Assembly (NCBI RefSeq): GCF_036321535.1
Contig: NC_087437.1
Coordinates: 54,376,001-54,440,000 of the forward strand
Length of the DNA: 64,000 nt
DNA from: Camelus dromedarius
Taxonomy: Eukaryota
Reading direction: 5' to 3'
The translations under genes were made by a program, and so were the position numbers. Each line of letters begins with the position of its first letter. Position 1 is the stretch's first letter. Shown in pieces: positions 35,106-48,094 of the stretch. The notes beneath the pieces were generated by a model, which was not told the origin of the DNA, searched no databases, and worked only from the letters and a program-made list of their open reading frames with translations.

Positions 35106-35148
35106 CTGTGTGTGCATGTGTGCATGTGCATGTGTGTGTGTGTGTGTG
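35106..35148. repeat. (TG)n / (TGCATG) microsatellite
   Basis: Read directly from the sequence. Confidence 0.9.
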
Positions 35149-35284
35149 CTGATTACCAGGTTTAATTTTAGACAGATAAAGAGCATGCTGAATTTGTCCA
35201 GAGGCCCACAGACTTGATCCCCTTGTCTGGCTTGATGTCTAAAGGAAGGATCTGTTCCACACCTCAGAGAAGGCCCCACTTAGG

Positions 35285-35299
35285 ACAGGAAGTGAGTCA
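35285..35299 (+). promoter_or_regulatory. Overlapping ETS + AP-1 composite motif
   Basis: ACAGGAAGTG overlaps TGAGTCA. Motif match only. Confidence 0.4.
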
Positions 35300-35429
35300 T
35301 CTGTGTTCCACGGAGGACCTGCCTCAGATTGGACCACACTAAATGTGAAACAGATTAAATTGGAACAAAATCATGACATATTTGTTCCCTCCCACACTGT
35401 GGGGCATTTCATCACCCTCTTGGGTACTT

Positions 35430-35590
35430 TATCCTGAAACATTCAGAGCTGGAGAGGTCTTCAGAAATCACCTGTCTGACCCTCTTAAACTATGGAAGGA
35501 GGAACTGAGCCCAGAGAAGGGTAGTGCCTTGTCCAGCTTGGCACAGCATATGTAGAGCAGAGCCGGCATCGGATCTCTGTCCTGAATCCC
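35430..35590 (-). mobile_element. MIR SINE
   Basis: 'gaggaactgagcccagagaagggtagtgccttgtccagc..agagcagagccgg'. Confidence 0.75.
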
Positions 35591-36420
35591 AGTCAAATGT
35601 TTTAAAGCAGCATGTACATACAAGCTGAGTTTTTAAAGGAAAAAAAAAAAAACAAACGTCTTCTTTTGTTTAATCTTTATTAGTAACTTGGTGAACTCTT
35701 TATTAACTTTTTATAGTTGAAAATTAAAATTTTAGAAACTAGCTTCTAGTCATACTGAGGTCCTAGGACATCCCAAAGTAATCCGGCTTAAAATGCTAAG
35801 ACAAGTCTTCACATAGTAAAATGTAAGACAATGCACACCACTTTATAGCAAGAGGTAACTATTGTTTTAACTATCAGTAAAGAGCTAAGTCATTGTAAAA
35901 ACAACAAAAAGGATTGATTCTTTTCATTTTAATCTTTGTAGTTAAGATTTACAGATCATCTCTTGCAGTTTTCAGCAATTTCAGCTTGTTTTAGATGTGA
36001 ACGCCCTAGAAGGCTGCGTGCCAATCTGTTAAACTGTTACACATGCAGTATTGGAGACTAAAGAGGAGCTATTAACTTAAAAAAGAGAGGAGGACTTTGT
36101 GAGCTTTTTTCATCTGTCAAATGATCAGTTAAAGTTTAGGGAGTAACAGTTTCAAGACACATTCATTTAAACATCATGGTGCCGGATAGGCAAACGGAAC
36201 CATTTGGTTAATTTCTTTTTTTTTTAACTCGTCTGAAAAAAAAGGCAACCAGGCCTCCTCAAATTGCAGGAAGAATGGAGACACAGCCTCACTCTTGGTA
36301 GCTCCCCAGTTCACTCTCCTGGATCAGTCCTTCTCCACAGTCACCAGCTTTGGCAGTCCTCCAGGGTCAGCACTGAGCCTGGAGCCAGGAGTCCTTCTGC
36401 AGGGTCCATGCTGAATCTAG

Positions 36421-36600
36421 ACTAGCTCTTCTCAAATTTGGAGTGTCTAGGAATCACCTGGTATACTTGCTAAAATGCAGATTCCTAGGTGCACTTCCGG
36501 AGCATCTAATCTCATAAGTCCGACTCGGCTCCCAGGAATCCACATTTTAACCAGCACTCCTACTTGATCCTGATAGAAGTAGATGGCAGAACAAACATAC
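36421..36600. mobile_element. hAT-Charlie MITE (MER5-like)
   Basis: 'ttctcaaattt..gaatcacctgg..cttgctaaaatgcagattcctagg..cccaggaatccacattttaacc'. Confidence 0.8.
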
Positions 36601-38079
36601 CAAAATTCTAACTGCTGTGGGCACATCTTCTTCTCCCTGAGCCTCAATGTCCCCATCTGTGGAATGAGGATACTGGGCAAGGATCATCTCTAAAACGGCT
36701 TCCTGATTCAGGCAGTGGAGATCTCATGACTTGAGAACAAGTGGGCTGGATCCCTGCCTTGCTCTGGGTGAACTTGGTAGCCCAGAGAGGCCATGTACTC
36801 ATAGGAGCATTTAACTCAAATACACGTACTGGTTCACACAGAGCTCCATGTGAACCATGGACGGGTTCAGGGGTTCCCCACTAGTTCTTCCCTGCTGCAT
36901 GCTATCCACAGCCTCCTCTCTGTGACTTGCTCTCCTTTTCACCACTGCAGGTCCTTGGATGGTGCCTCCCCAACTCTCTGCCAGACCACAGGCAGGAACG
37001 TCCAGGAAGTGCTTGCTTCTCTAGACCCCTGTCCCTGCCTCAGATCTACAGCCCACTAGGCAGGATGGTGCTCCAGATGAATCCACTTGAACTACGGAGA
37101 AAAGAACAAAACCTGAGCAGAGAGTGAGTCCCTTAAAGGTAAGGGATGCTAGGCAGAAATGTTCTTTTTCCTTCCTTAAGATATTCTAATGATTACATGA
37201 AGCAGTTACAAAATCTTTCTTTAACATTTGTAAATCTTCAAAATTGGAGAGCAAAATATTGTCGCTTGGCCAGAAGAGGAGCTTGTCCCCAGCCTCGGGC
37301 TCTCCTAAGCAGTGGGTCTTCTGGTTCCTTCCAATGCCCTCAAGCTATGACTTGCTCTGGCCATGGCTTCTCCTACCTGTAATTACAAGGTTTTACCCCC
37401 TGGGCTCAGATGTGCTCAGGCCCTCCCTAAGGTCAAAAGATTTCCACAGTTACCTAGTTGCTTCTACATCTAGATTCTGGACACTTTCTTTGAAGACCTC
37501 TTGCATCTTGCATTTTAAGCTCCAGTGCGTTACTCAACTTTCTTCCTCCAATAATTATACTCTCATGGCAAAGCGTTGACCAGAACACAACACATATGGC
37601 AGGAAGAGAGGGCCACAGAGAGGGAAAGAAATTTTGTCAACAACTCTCAGTTCTCAAAGTGCCGGTGGAGTGCCCGTTGACTGAGAGCCACCTGCGGGGC
37701 AGGGCAGCCAGTCAGCACTGGCTGAAAGAGCAAGTCAGGCTTATTCAGCTTTTACCGGCTGAGAGCACACATCAGCCCTCCACCCCAGGTAAAGCTATTT
37801 ATGATACATGTAGAATATACGTGTCAAGGAAAACAGTTCACAGTAATTAAGGTTAACACGAATCAGTCATTAAATGGGGTATGCCAGAAATCAACTTTCC
37901 TTTCCATTCTTTGCGAGGCAAAGGGCTTCCAGTCCATAAGAGATTTCCAGTGTTTTCGAACTGAGCTGATCTAATTTCAGACAAAGGCAAAAAAAATGAC
38001 ATTTTCATTAGTGTCTAGGACTAATAGACTGTTTCTATTAGGCTTTTGAAACGCTGGGAATATTTTGAAGACACACTTC

Positions 38080-38535
38080 ATTGGTTTTGCCATAAGCATC
38101 AATTCCATTTCTTCTGGTTACAGCACCACTGCTTTTCCCTTTAGGTACACCCTCCCCCCAGCTCAGCCCCTAGATCTCCCCCAACTCCAGGAATGGAATT
38201 AGACCAAAGTCCGTCAGAAGCCACTTTGTCTTTGGCTACAAGTATTGTTAACTAATAATAAGCTTTGAGAGATAGGCCCAGCACTCTTTTGGAAAAGCTG
38301 AGGATTCATTTTCCCTGGGGTTGCTACTGGCCATATTGCCACCATGGGGGGGTGTGTCTGAGCACAGAACCAACAGGGAAGGAAGCAAAGATGAGAGCCC
38401 GGGAGCAGGAGCCGACAATAGTACCTGTGCCTTGACTGTCAAACCAGAAGCCAGATCTGCCCCCAAGAAGCACCCCATTTTTGCTTTAGCCAGTGTGAAT
38501 TGGGCTTTTGTCACTTACAACCAAATAATTCTATC
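38080..38535 (+). mobile_element. Old MaLR LTR (MLT1K-like)
   Basis: 'ggccatattgccaccatgggg..tctgagcacagaaccaacagggaaggaagca', end 'gccagtgtgaattgggcttttgtcacttacaaccaaa'. Confidence 0.7.
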
Positions 38536-39809
38536 TACTCCCTCCTTACTCTCATAACTACCTAAATAGTTCTCTGGACTCAAGGGATCATTAACCAAGC
38601 ACCAAGGAGATCACACAGAAATGTGTTTGTTCTATCTGTCAGTCTAAATCCCTCTCTAATTCAAATCTCAGCCTCAAATTCCTCAGGCCGCTGATTCGTG
38701 TTTACTGAGCACTGACCATGTACAAAATTCTCCCGGGATCTGTGGGAAGCTAGATGACGGCGCCAGCCCCCACCACCCTCACAGACTAAGAAGAGAACAG
38801 GGAAGGAACAGAATCTTCTGGATGGGAATCTGGGAAACCTTCACAAAAAGGAATTCACTGGAGATGCGCCTTAAAGGGATTAAGTGAGTCACAGTTGATC
38901 TAGCCTAGAACCCAAGTTCTGCCTCCTGGTCCAATATTCAGCTTAAACCCGACAGCAGTCAGTAGTAATGCAAGGTCAGGCCCTGGAGGAGAAGGCCTGC
39001 TCCTGTTGGTCCCCAGGCCCTGCTGATGAATAAGTGGGTCCTTATGTAGAGACAGGGGTCAGAAGTACATTGGAGGACTTGTTAAGACAAGGGCTACATG
39101 GCTGTAAATTCAACTCAGAGTATCCAGGAATCATAAAACTGTTGGATATTATAGAATCATTACATGTCAGAGCTAGCAGGGACCCTGGGAATTAATCAGC
39201 TTGCTCATTTGACAGATGAGAGCCTGGAAAACTGAACAGGCCAAGGACTTGTCCAAGATCACTCCTGCAGATTCATTTCTAGGACCCAGGGCTCTAGGAC
39301 TCTGACCAACTGAAAGGAGATACCATTATTTCAACTCCGTTCCAGCAGGAGTGAGCAGAGGAGGCTGAAACTGTGTCTTGGCAGATGCTGTCTTTCATCT
39401 CGGATGGTCTCCTGCGCCTTCCTTGCTTCGGCACGCCCCTTGATTTTAGCAGGCACTGAGCCGCTTCTAGGGCTGAGCCACTCAGGCCAGAAGACTTCCT
39501 TTGGCTTTCTAGCCAACGACCATAAAATCCCCGTAAGAAAGCCCCTGCTGAGGATGCACTCTTCTTGAGCTCCATGTGGGCTTCCAGTGAAATTGGATGC
39601 TGTCCGAGGATGGCAGTTTGGGGGTTGGTTCCATTGCTTGCCAAGCCACTCCTACAGGGTGTCAGAAACATAATAAAGAGAAGAAATAATTATGCTAAAC
39701 ACAAAAAGCAATGCAGGGTGTATGCCTATGGAAAGCTTTTTTTCCAAAGCACATGATGGGTCCCCGGGTAGAGTGAAGAGGGATTTGTCTTATTTTGTAA
39801 TAATCTTTG

Positions 39810-40000
39810 CTCTCTCTAGTGCACTTTTATTAGTCACACCCATGACTCTTTCTAAAGCCTTGTGAAGAAGGAAAGACCGAGTTGTATTACCCCCGTTTCC
39901 CAGATGAAGTAACTGAGACTCAGGGAGGGGACGCCACCTGTCCCCTCTCGCCCATCTGAGAAGTGGCAGAACTACGGCAGTCAGAACCCAGCCTGTCCCA
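39810..40000 (-). mobile_element. MIR SINE
   Basis: 'tattacccccgtttcccagatgaagtaactgagactcagggaggg..aagtggcaga..agaacccag'. Confidence 0.75.
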
Positions 40001-40259
40001 TGGGTAGCAAGCACTCATTTTACAACACCTGAGGGGGTCTTGTTCACAACCAGCTCTGAATTGCCGCGAGGGCTGACAAATGACGAGAAGCCAGGGGCTT
40101 CTTTACACGTGACCAGGGAGCTAGGGCAGGAGGTTCCTCTGTCCTCCATGAGCCAAACCTGACACTCAGAGCAAAGCCACTCCTTTTTTAGACCTCTGAT
40201 ATCAGTAAGAGGCCTGACTAGAGGTAGTTACATAATGGAAATTAGCAACTGGACATTGG

Positions 40260-40560
40260 ATGATGAACAAATGAATGAACAGATGAATAAATGAATGTGC
40301 TCATACATAAACTTAGTACACAAACCCTGATTACATTTCAGCTGTCACTGAGATTTCACTAGAGACCACATCTAAGATCTGGTCTCTGCCCCAGAGCAAC
40401 TTGCATTCTAACAGGGGAGCAAACAGTCATGCAGACAAATAAATGGCTACACCCGGTGACAGAAGCCAGAGTACGGCTAGGTAGATGTGCCCTGGAAGCC
40501 CAGAGCAGGAGGATGTGACAAAACTTGCAGCCCTCTGTTGGCAGGAGCTTCCCTAGGGTT
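40260..40560 (-). mobile_element. L2 LINE fragment
   Basis: 'ggtctctgccccagagcaacttgcattctaacagggga..cagacaaataaat'. Confidence 0.55.
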
Positions 40561-41365
40561 GCAGGAACCGGCATGACTCATCTTTGCCTGCCTATCATAT
40601 ATTCCGCTGGAAACATCCGAGATCAGCAGTTGGTGCTCCCTGAATAAATTCTCCTTAAGAAGTCATGAAAGCTTCTGCAAGGTAGGTGACCTGGGCCATG
40701 TGACAGAGTCTGCAGCACTCTCAAGTTACCTGCCCCAGCCTCCGACGACAAGGACCCCAGCTGTCACAGCCTCCCCTGGGACCTGTGCTCAGATTCAGCT
40801 GGCCCCAGAGTCCTCTCTCACCTGCCACCATTATCTTAAATGGTGGAGTGAGGTCAAGGCACAGGGAACATCACAGTCACGGCATCCCTGTTCATCCATC
40901 AGGGCTAGAACACCTCACCTTGAACTAGGGAGATAACAGAATAAAATAACACCTGACACAGCCTTATCACCTGATAATACAACCTCAGTTTTTCCATTAA
41001 AATTACTGAGAGCCACAGTCCTGTACTTCGACTGATAAAGAGATCACAGGAAACAAAGCTGTTAATTTTTATCTCTGCCCTGCAATAGCACATTTGAGTG
41101 AATACAATATAACCAAGGGGAAAAAATACTTTTTTTCTGACCGTGGAAGTTGAATATGAAATTTTTTTGCCTCCCACCTTTCATTTCTTACACCTTGTTC
41201 ATCTACAAGCCTCTAGGAATTTTTAATCTCAGATGTGTTCAATTGACACGGATCTGGCTATGCGATCCCCATTACATAAGGTTATAAATCTCTCTCTCCT
41301 TACTCAACCCTAATCCTTGGACGACTTGGTACAAATATTTAGAGTACAATTTAAAGGACTTGAGC

Positions 41366-41513
41366 AGGAGGAGGGTATAGCTCAGTGGCAGAGCGTGCAC
41401 AAGATCCTGGGTTCAACCCCAGTACCTCTGTTAAATAAATAAATAAATAAATATCTAACTACTTTCCCCTCCACAAAAAATAAAAATGAAATGGCCACAA
41501 AATTTTTTTTTAA
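41366..41513 (+). mobile_element. Camelid tRNA-derived SINE (Vic-1 type) with internal deletion and extended tail, next to or inside a MIR
   Basis: 'gagggtatagctcagtggcagagcgtgcacaagatcctgggttcaaccccagtacctc'. TSD ttaaaggActtgagc (41351-41365) / ttaaaggGcttgagc (41514-41528). Confidence 0.9.
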
Positions 41514-43019
41514 TTAAAGGGCTTGAGCCAGTTGGTTGCCTCCCTAGCCCTCAATATTCCCATCTTCAAAATGGGGGACTAGACAGTTGGTCTCCATAAC
41601 CGCTTCCAACATCAGTACTCCAGGATCCTATGACTGAAGAAGACACAGAGCAGATCAGTTTTGATGACAATGGTAGTCTTTCTAAGCACAAAGGCTCTCA
41701 GTAGATAATAGTAGAACCAGGCAACCACCACCCCTGCCCTGGGCCCTATGCCTTAGGGCTCCCTCCCCCTCCCCGGCTCTGGCCTTCCTTACAGGGGAGA
41801 GGTCATGTGGCCATGAACCAAGGGGCTCACATATCCCTTCCAGGGCAAACTCTGGGTACCTGGACCCTGACATAACCTGTGCAAATAGCCTGTGCAAAGT
41901 TCGCTTCCAGGCCCTATCTGATCTCTCCCCAGCTCTTCAAACCCAGAGCAGATCACAGCCCCAGGGACTACACCCCTAGGACTGGGTGTGGTCCAGGGAT
42001 GTGGGCGTGAGTGATGCTCTACCTCCACATCCCACCTTTTCCTGTCCTCAGGAATACTTGGGTAAAAAAGTTGGCAAAGTGTTTGTCTTTGGGGTGCCAA
42101 AGCCCATCAATGCTGGTGTGTAGCAGGGTGGGGGATGGAAGGGAGTGGGGAGGGGAGGGGACGAGGGAATGACCAGCAGCCTCCATTTGTACCCTTACCT
42201 GGCCTGCACGTGCTGGGGTGGGGGGCTGTCTGCCTTAGAACAGGCTGTGACGGATCCACGTCGGGGAAGGTGGCAGGAAGAAGAGTGGGCCGTCAAGTGG
42301 AGATGCTCTTCCCAAGCGGGCACTTCAGAGGCCTGCAGGCACACCAGGCTCCTTCCCAAGCTTGCCCCGGGCTTGTCCTCCGGAGAAATTTGGTTTTACA
42401 TTTTAAATGTGAGTCTTAGTGCCTCATCCTCTTGCTCTGTCTCAGAACTGGGTTCCTTATCATTGAGACCCTATTTCTAAAAAACAAAAAACAAAACCTG
42501 GAGAGATCTTATAGTAAAAACACCAGATGGCTAAATATACAGACGTGCCACTCTATGAAAGAACGGAGATAATCATGCCAGGAATCATGGATTCAATTTT
42601 TACTAAATATAAGAAAAAAAAAAAAAAAACAGCTCTTGAGCCTCCTGACTGCTAAGGCAAAAATAGAAAAGTCATGAGTTACCTGGCTTTTACCATCTGA
42701 TCAAAAGTACACCCATTCTTCAGAGGAGACAAATTTCTCTTGGGCAGAAAATTTGAGAAAAAGGTTTATCATCTGCATCCTTATATAGGAGGCAGTAAGT
42801 AACATAAGGGACCAAATCTTCCACAGTGGCTTTGCAGGCAATGCAGAATCATTCCCCACACAACCATTTGTTATACTGACACTTGATAAAAATCTGAGGA
42901 CACGATTTTTTTTTTAAGTTGTGAAGTCATTGCTACAGGAACCTGAGTTAATATCAGCTAAGTGACCAAAATGGATGTAAGACTATAACTCAGAAAAAAG
43001 CAAAGGAATGAACGACTTA

Positions 43020-43312
43020 AGCAAACACTTCTCAAACTTCTCCATCCAGGAGAAAAGCACCCAATGGCAGAGAAGGTAGAAGTCCCCCCTGTGGGATGTG
43101 GAGGTAGAGGACCAGTCATGCCCTCCTCCACCTCTGGAGCAAAGTGAAATTCATCTTTAAAATGTATTCAATGTTAGCTTGCTACTTGATAATAAATTTA
43201 TCCTTATTTAATATAAAACTAATTTCCCCCAAATCTTTGCTGAGGTTGGCATCACTACGGCTTAGAGGATTCCCTGGCACTCACGAGTATCCCAGGTGTT
43301 TGGAAAACCATG
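43020..43312. mobile_element. hAT-Charlie MITE (MER112-like)
   Basis: Degenerate inverted termini 'cacttctcaaac' and 'gtttggaaaaccatg', about 290 bp long. Confidence 0.5.
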
Positions 43313-45069
43313 ACTGACACTCATTGTCTCTTATTTATTCTGTATAACAAACTGATGAGGCAGGTATGGACCATTTTCACGAATGGGGAAGTTGAACAAC
43401 AGAGAGATTAATTATCTCAGTGCCACATGGCAACCAAATACATAACGCTTAAATGAAACCCAGATCTCTTGGCCACCAGGCCAGTCCTTTTCCCCAGCAT
43501 CCCTAATACAATTTTATCATTTAGGAAATAATCCTGGAACGAACTGGATGGTCCAACTATGGTTTCTGATGTTGCATTATTGAAGAACAATACCTACCTA
43601 GCCTACAAGACCACCCAGGCTTCCAATGTCCCCCCATATTCCACTCTGACATCAATAGGTGTCTCGGATTCATTGCCAGATTCCTCCAGAGGATGAGTCA
43701 TCCACGCTCCAGTTTTCCTCTATAATCAGCTCATACATTATCAACTTCATGAGGCTGGAGCAGGAGAGGAGAGAAGAGTTATTCCCCAGGGCTCTCCAGC
43801 AGATGTCCAAACTCTTACAACAGTGATGGTAAATTGTCTCTTCTCCATGAAGCAGAGGCAGGGCATCCATCTGAAAGCTGCACAATGCAATGAGAGGTCT
43901 GCAGACCTGGGTCCTGGTCCTGACTCTGCCACCGGAGGCTTGTGGGAAAACCATATAACCCATTGGTGCAGGGTGTGCCAAGGAATGATCATGAGAAACA
44001 GTGAGATAATGTCTGGGAAGCCCTTCGAGCTTCTCAGAAGCGAGAGGCAACATAAACACAAGGTGTTATTACCTCCAAGCCCACAGCAGCCAAGGACATC
44101 AGAGTTGTGATTCCTGCAGAAACCTCTCTCCTCAGACCTGAAAGGACCAGTTGACCCTTCAGCTTCTCATCCAGCTGAAATACCCAAGCTCTGGAAGACT
44201 TGGTGGAAGTTGACCATCTGGTTGAAGATAAGGAGTGTTGTTGAAGTGAACATCTCGATTTTTTAATCACAGACCCTCACAACTGGAAAGGATATTAACA
44301 ATTTAGCTCCTGACTCTATTCAGAGGAGAAGCTGAGTCCAGAGAGTTCCATACATAACATTCCCTGAAAGCTTGCTGGATGTTAGATAGATGCTGGGTGA
44401 GAAGATGACTGGGATCTGGTCCTTGGCATCACAGAACTCTCCACCTAGTAGAGAACGCAAGCACATTCACAATCTGTGGACGATGTCACATGAGCATCAT
44501 TGCAAAGTGCCACCAGGACTGCGACAATGATTGAGCTAAAGCTGTCCTGCAGCTATGAGTCCTTGGGCAAATTGTATCAACTCCGAGGCTCAGGAAAACG
44601 GAGACACGAGCAATGACATCACTCTCTAGCCTTTTTATCATGTTTGACAGCTCCCTGATAATTTCATAATCACTGCCTGATTTAAAACTTACACCAGAGT
44701 AGGGAAGGAAGCATTATGATTAGCTCTTCCCTCTAGATCTGGACTCCCAGGCATGGGGCCCTGACCTGACTGTCAGATGGGTCATCTGGAAAAGAACCAG
44801 GAAGGTAACTGGACTCAGTCCCCAGTGGCCTGCCTCTTTAAGGTGAACAGCGGTGATCTCTGAGTTCCTTCTAGCATTACAGTTCTACAGATCTACAAAT
44901 TCATCAAAGGTGGACGACTACCTGGAACTAAGGAGGAGGCTTTGGATAAACATTCATAAGGATCAGAAAACCGAAAAGAATCAGCATTTCTTTTCCCTCT
45001 AAACTCAGCTATCAATCAAAGATTTCTTAATTCAAATGACTTAATATGTTTTAGTAAGAACCTCAAACT

Positions 45070-45400
45070 ATTTTATATTTTAATAATTTAAATTACACAA
45101 ATAGAATGTGACTATATTTTTACTGCAGAAAGTTCAACTATCTAAAAGCAAATGTCCCTTTGACTGTCCCTCCTGATCCCAATCCTTACTCCCTGCTACT
45201 CCCCGCTCTTCTCCTCCTTGTCCCCCACCCCTCACTGCTACCATTAGTACTGTCAGTATCATTTTAACCCTTCACTTTATGCAACTAATTATATGTGCAT
45301 ATGGAAAAACCTCTATGTGCTTTGCAGTTTGTTTCTTATATAAATGTTCTAATGGTATATACATCGTTCTATAATTTTTTTTTGTATTTAACACATAGTG
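45070..45400 (-). mobile_element. L1ME-type 3'UTR fragment
   Basis: 'aaagcaaatgtccctttgactgtccctcc..cactgctaccatt', 'tatatacatcgttctataattttttttgtatttaaca'. Confidence 0.55.
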
Positions 45401-47019
45401 GTGTTCTAGCTTTGTTAGCTGCAAGTGTTAGACATTACCTGACTTTTACAAGGTGAATAAACTGATGCTCAGTGAGGTAGGTTCCATATTTCCAGGCACC
45501 AAGAAAGCTCCTTACGTAACTACAATAGCCCCTGTTTTATGTTGGGATATGTTTAGTCCGACTTTCTTAGCAATCTGAAAAATCAAGCTTTGAGTTTTGT
45601 TTATTTATTCATTGGTTGATTGGTTTTGATTTTTCTTTGTTTGCATGTGAAGAATAAGACATGGGTTAGCTCAGCAGGAGGCTGTGACATTACCTAAACC
45701 CTGGCCCTGCATTCTACCCGAGGAAACGCCCCAGCCTTTCCTGCGTTCATGTCTGCTGTCACAACTGCACTGTTTGCCAGACAGCGAAGCACTCCCTAAT
45801 TTGAGGAGATGGAAGAGTTGAAACACAATAGACACAATAACTTATTATCTGACATGGGAGCTCTGTGGACATGGGCACAGAGGACATTTTTCATTTTGTG
45901 AACCACTGAGCCCCATTTCCCTTTCTGGGCAGCACCCCACTCTCAATCCAAAGGGTCTGAAGCACATGGGGTGGTGAAGCACATGGCCCAAGCTGCATCC
46001 CTTCACACCTTGCCATCTCCGGCCCCAGTGATTGGCTTACAGCAGGGCACGGGACACAAGAACCCCAATCAGGATGAATCCTGGGATTTCTGCAGACAAA
46101 ACAGGGACGGGAAGCATTCATATTTCCCCATGGTACATGATCCTGAAATTTCTGGTGGCTCTCTTGAGGGAAAAGAGAAGACCTAGGAGATGCAGAGAGC
46201 AAAACTGGATCCCAAGAAGCCTGCCGGTGCCAGAGGTCCTCCTGGATGTCCCAGTTACAGAACCTCATAAATCCCCCTGCACTCACACACACACACACTT
46301 TTTTTGGCACTGTGAATCCAATGTTCTATCCTTTGTGATAACGGGCACTAGTGGAATCGCACATGCACGTTTGTGCTCAGTGTTTCACTCCGTACCTGGA
46401 GGGCAGCACGGGGTCATGGCTGAAACCCAGGCCTGGAAGGCAGGGGGCCTAGGTCTTCTCTGGCTTGGTCTCTTTGGGCATCGATTTCCATGCCCAAAAG
46501 GGGGGTTGGACAAACAAGCTCTGACACTCTCTGAACGTGTAAACCTGAAACTCCTGATGCTCTTGCAACCATTGGAAGCTGAGAGTGTTGGCTACTGACT
46601 CTTGGAAGCCTTCCGTTCATTGTGTCGAAAGAGGGCTTAAGTGGCCCCCAACGGAGGGGACACACTAAACAATCAGGTTCCTGTATCTCCACCAGAGTTG
46701 GCTCCAGAAGAGGGTCAGGCTTTGCAAAAACACAGAACATTCTTCCCTCTGGGCTCCTTGGGAAAAGTTCTCAGCACGATGGAGGGTGTCTCTCGCTATT
46801 CATGGCCTGCCAGTGGGAACAGCCAAGAAGGAGAAGAGGTCACATGGCCGGGCTGCTGCTGGCACAGTGTGTCCTATGCAGCCGATGGCTGGGCAAGAAA
46901 GAGGGTTGCCTGATCCCCTACTAAGCATCCTGTGAAAGGTGGGCCCAGGAGTTGCCAAAAGACCCTCTGCACCAGTCTCTACAAAGGCTGCCAGCAAGCG
47001 GGACTCATGTTCAGCAGTC

Positions 47020-47200
47020 GTTGCTTGTCTCTTCTGTAGGAAGCACTTTCATACGCACTTTTTTTAAAATCTCACAACAACTCTCTTGCCCCCGAATAAC
47101 ACCTCCACTTTAAAGTTATAGAGACTGAGGCTCAAAGAGGTGATGTTGAAGTAACTGGCCCAGGGACCTAGAGCAGGAGGCACAGTTAATTTCATCGACC
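47020..47200 (-). mobile_element. MIR SINE
   Basis: 'tttaaaatctcacaacaactct..gagactgaggctcaaagaggt..gaagtaactggcccaggg'. Confidence 0.75.
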
Positions 47201-48094
47201 GAGGACGAGCTAAGAGCCAGCAAGACTTCTGCCTCGGCTTCACCCGCCCCTCCACCGTGCTGCAATCAGGACCCACAAACAGGCAGGTCAGAAGCATGTG
47301 TTCCAGTCACTGCCCTTCTCCCAGCTGCTTTTGTTAACATTCTAGGACACAGTGTTCTGGCCATTTCTGTGCGTGTCACTTCCCTGACTGGACTGTGAGT
47401 TCTTCGGCAGGGCCTGTGTGATCCAGCTGTGTGGCTCCCACCGTTCTTGTGCAAAATAAGAATGTGAAATGCAGTCCATCTGTCTGGGGCCAGCCACTGA
47501 CCCTAGAGCGGAGCTGGACTCAAGCGAGGGTCACCAGCTGGGTGTGCTGAGGGAGCCAGCAGGCAGTGGAAGAAACCCCAAGCCAGGTCTGAGTCTGAGA
47601 CAGTAGGGAGGGGTGGGAGATTGAGGGAACAGAGCAGGACCTGCCGAAGACAGTCCGGTCCAAGAGTTTCAGCCGTAACTCCACCCCTGAGCATTCAGCT
47701 TGGCACAGATTGATGAACATCCCCCAACACTGTCACACCAGTCTTCCCAGAGAGAGGCCACAGCTGCAGGGTTCCATACATGGTTCTCACCTAACACCCT
47801 ATGGGATAGACAATGGACATTTAATAAATGTTTGCTAAATAAACTTTAAAAGAATCTAATGTTTACCCAAACCACCATAAGTTTCACTAAGCCAACAGTA
47901 TGCTATTGACTCAGTTTCCACTGTTCTGGGAACCAGAATATTGATTACAGTGTTTGGCTGGGGAACCACTCATACCAGGTATCTACATACCATAATACCC
48001 AGAAGAGCCCTTTAGAACAACAAAATGATTCACTGAGTGGTGTCCGTACTCTAAAACAAGAAATACATGTAGCTCCTGATTCTGTAGTATGTCC

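Noticed and set aside
35994..36098. Possible + strand coding exon (ttttAG|atgtg...ttt|GTGAGC)
   Set aside because: Stops occur in all three frames, so it is not coding. It is kept only as part of a candidate non-coding block.
46032..46598. 188-aa ORF
   Set aside because: Non-ATG start, runs through a (CA)n repeat and a MIR-like segment, no recognisable protein.
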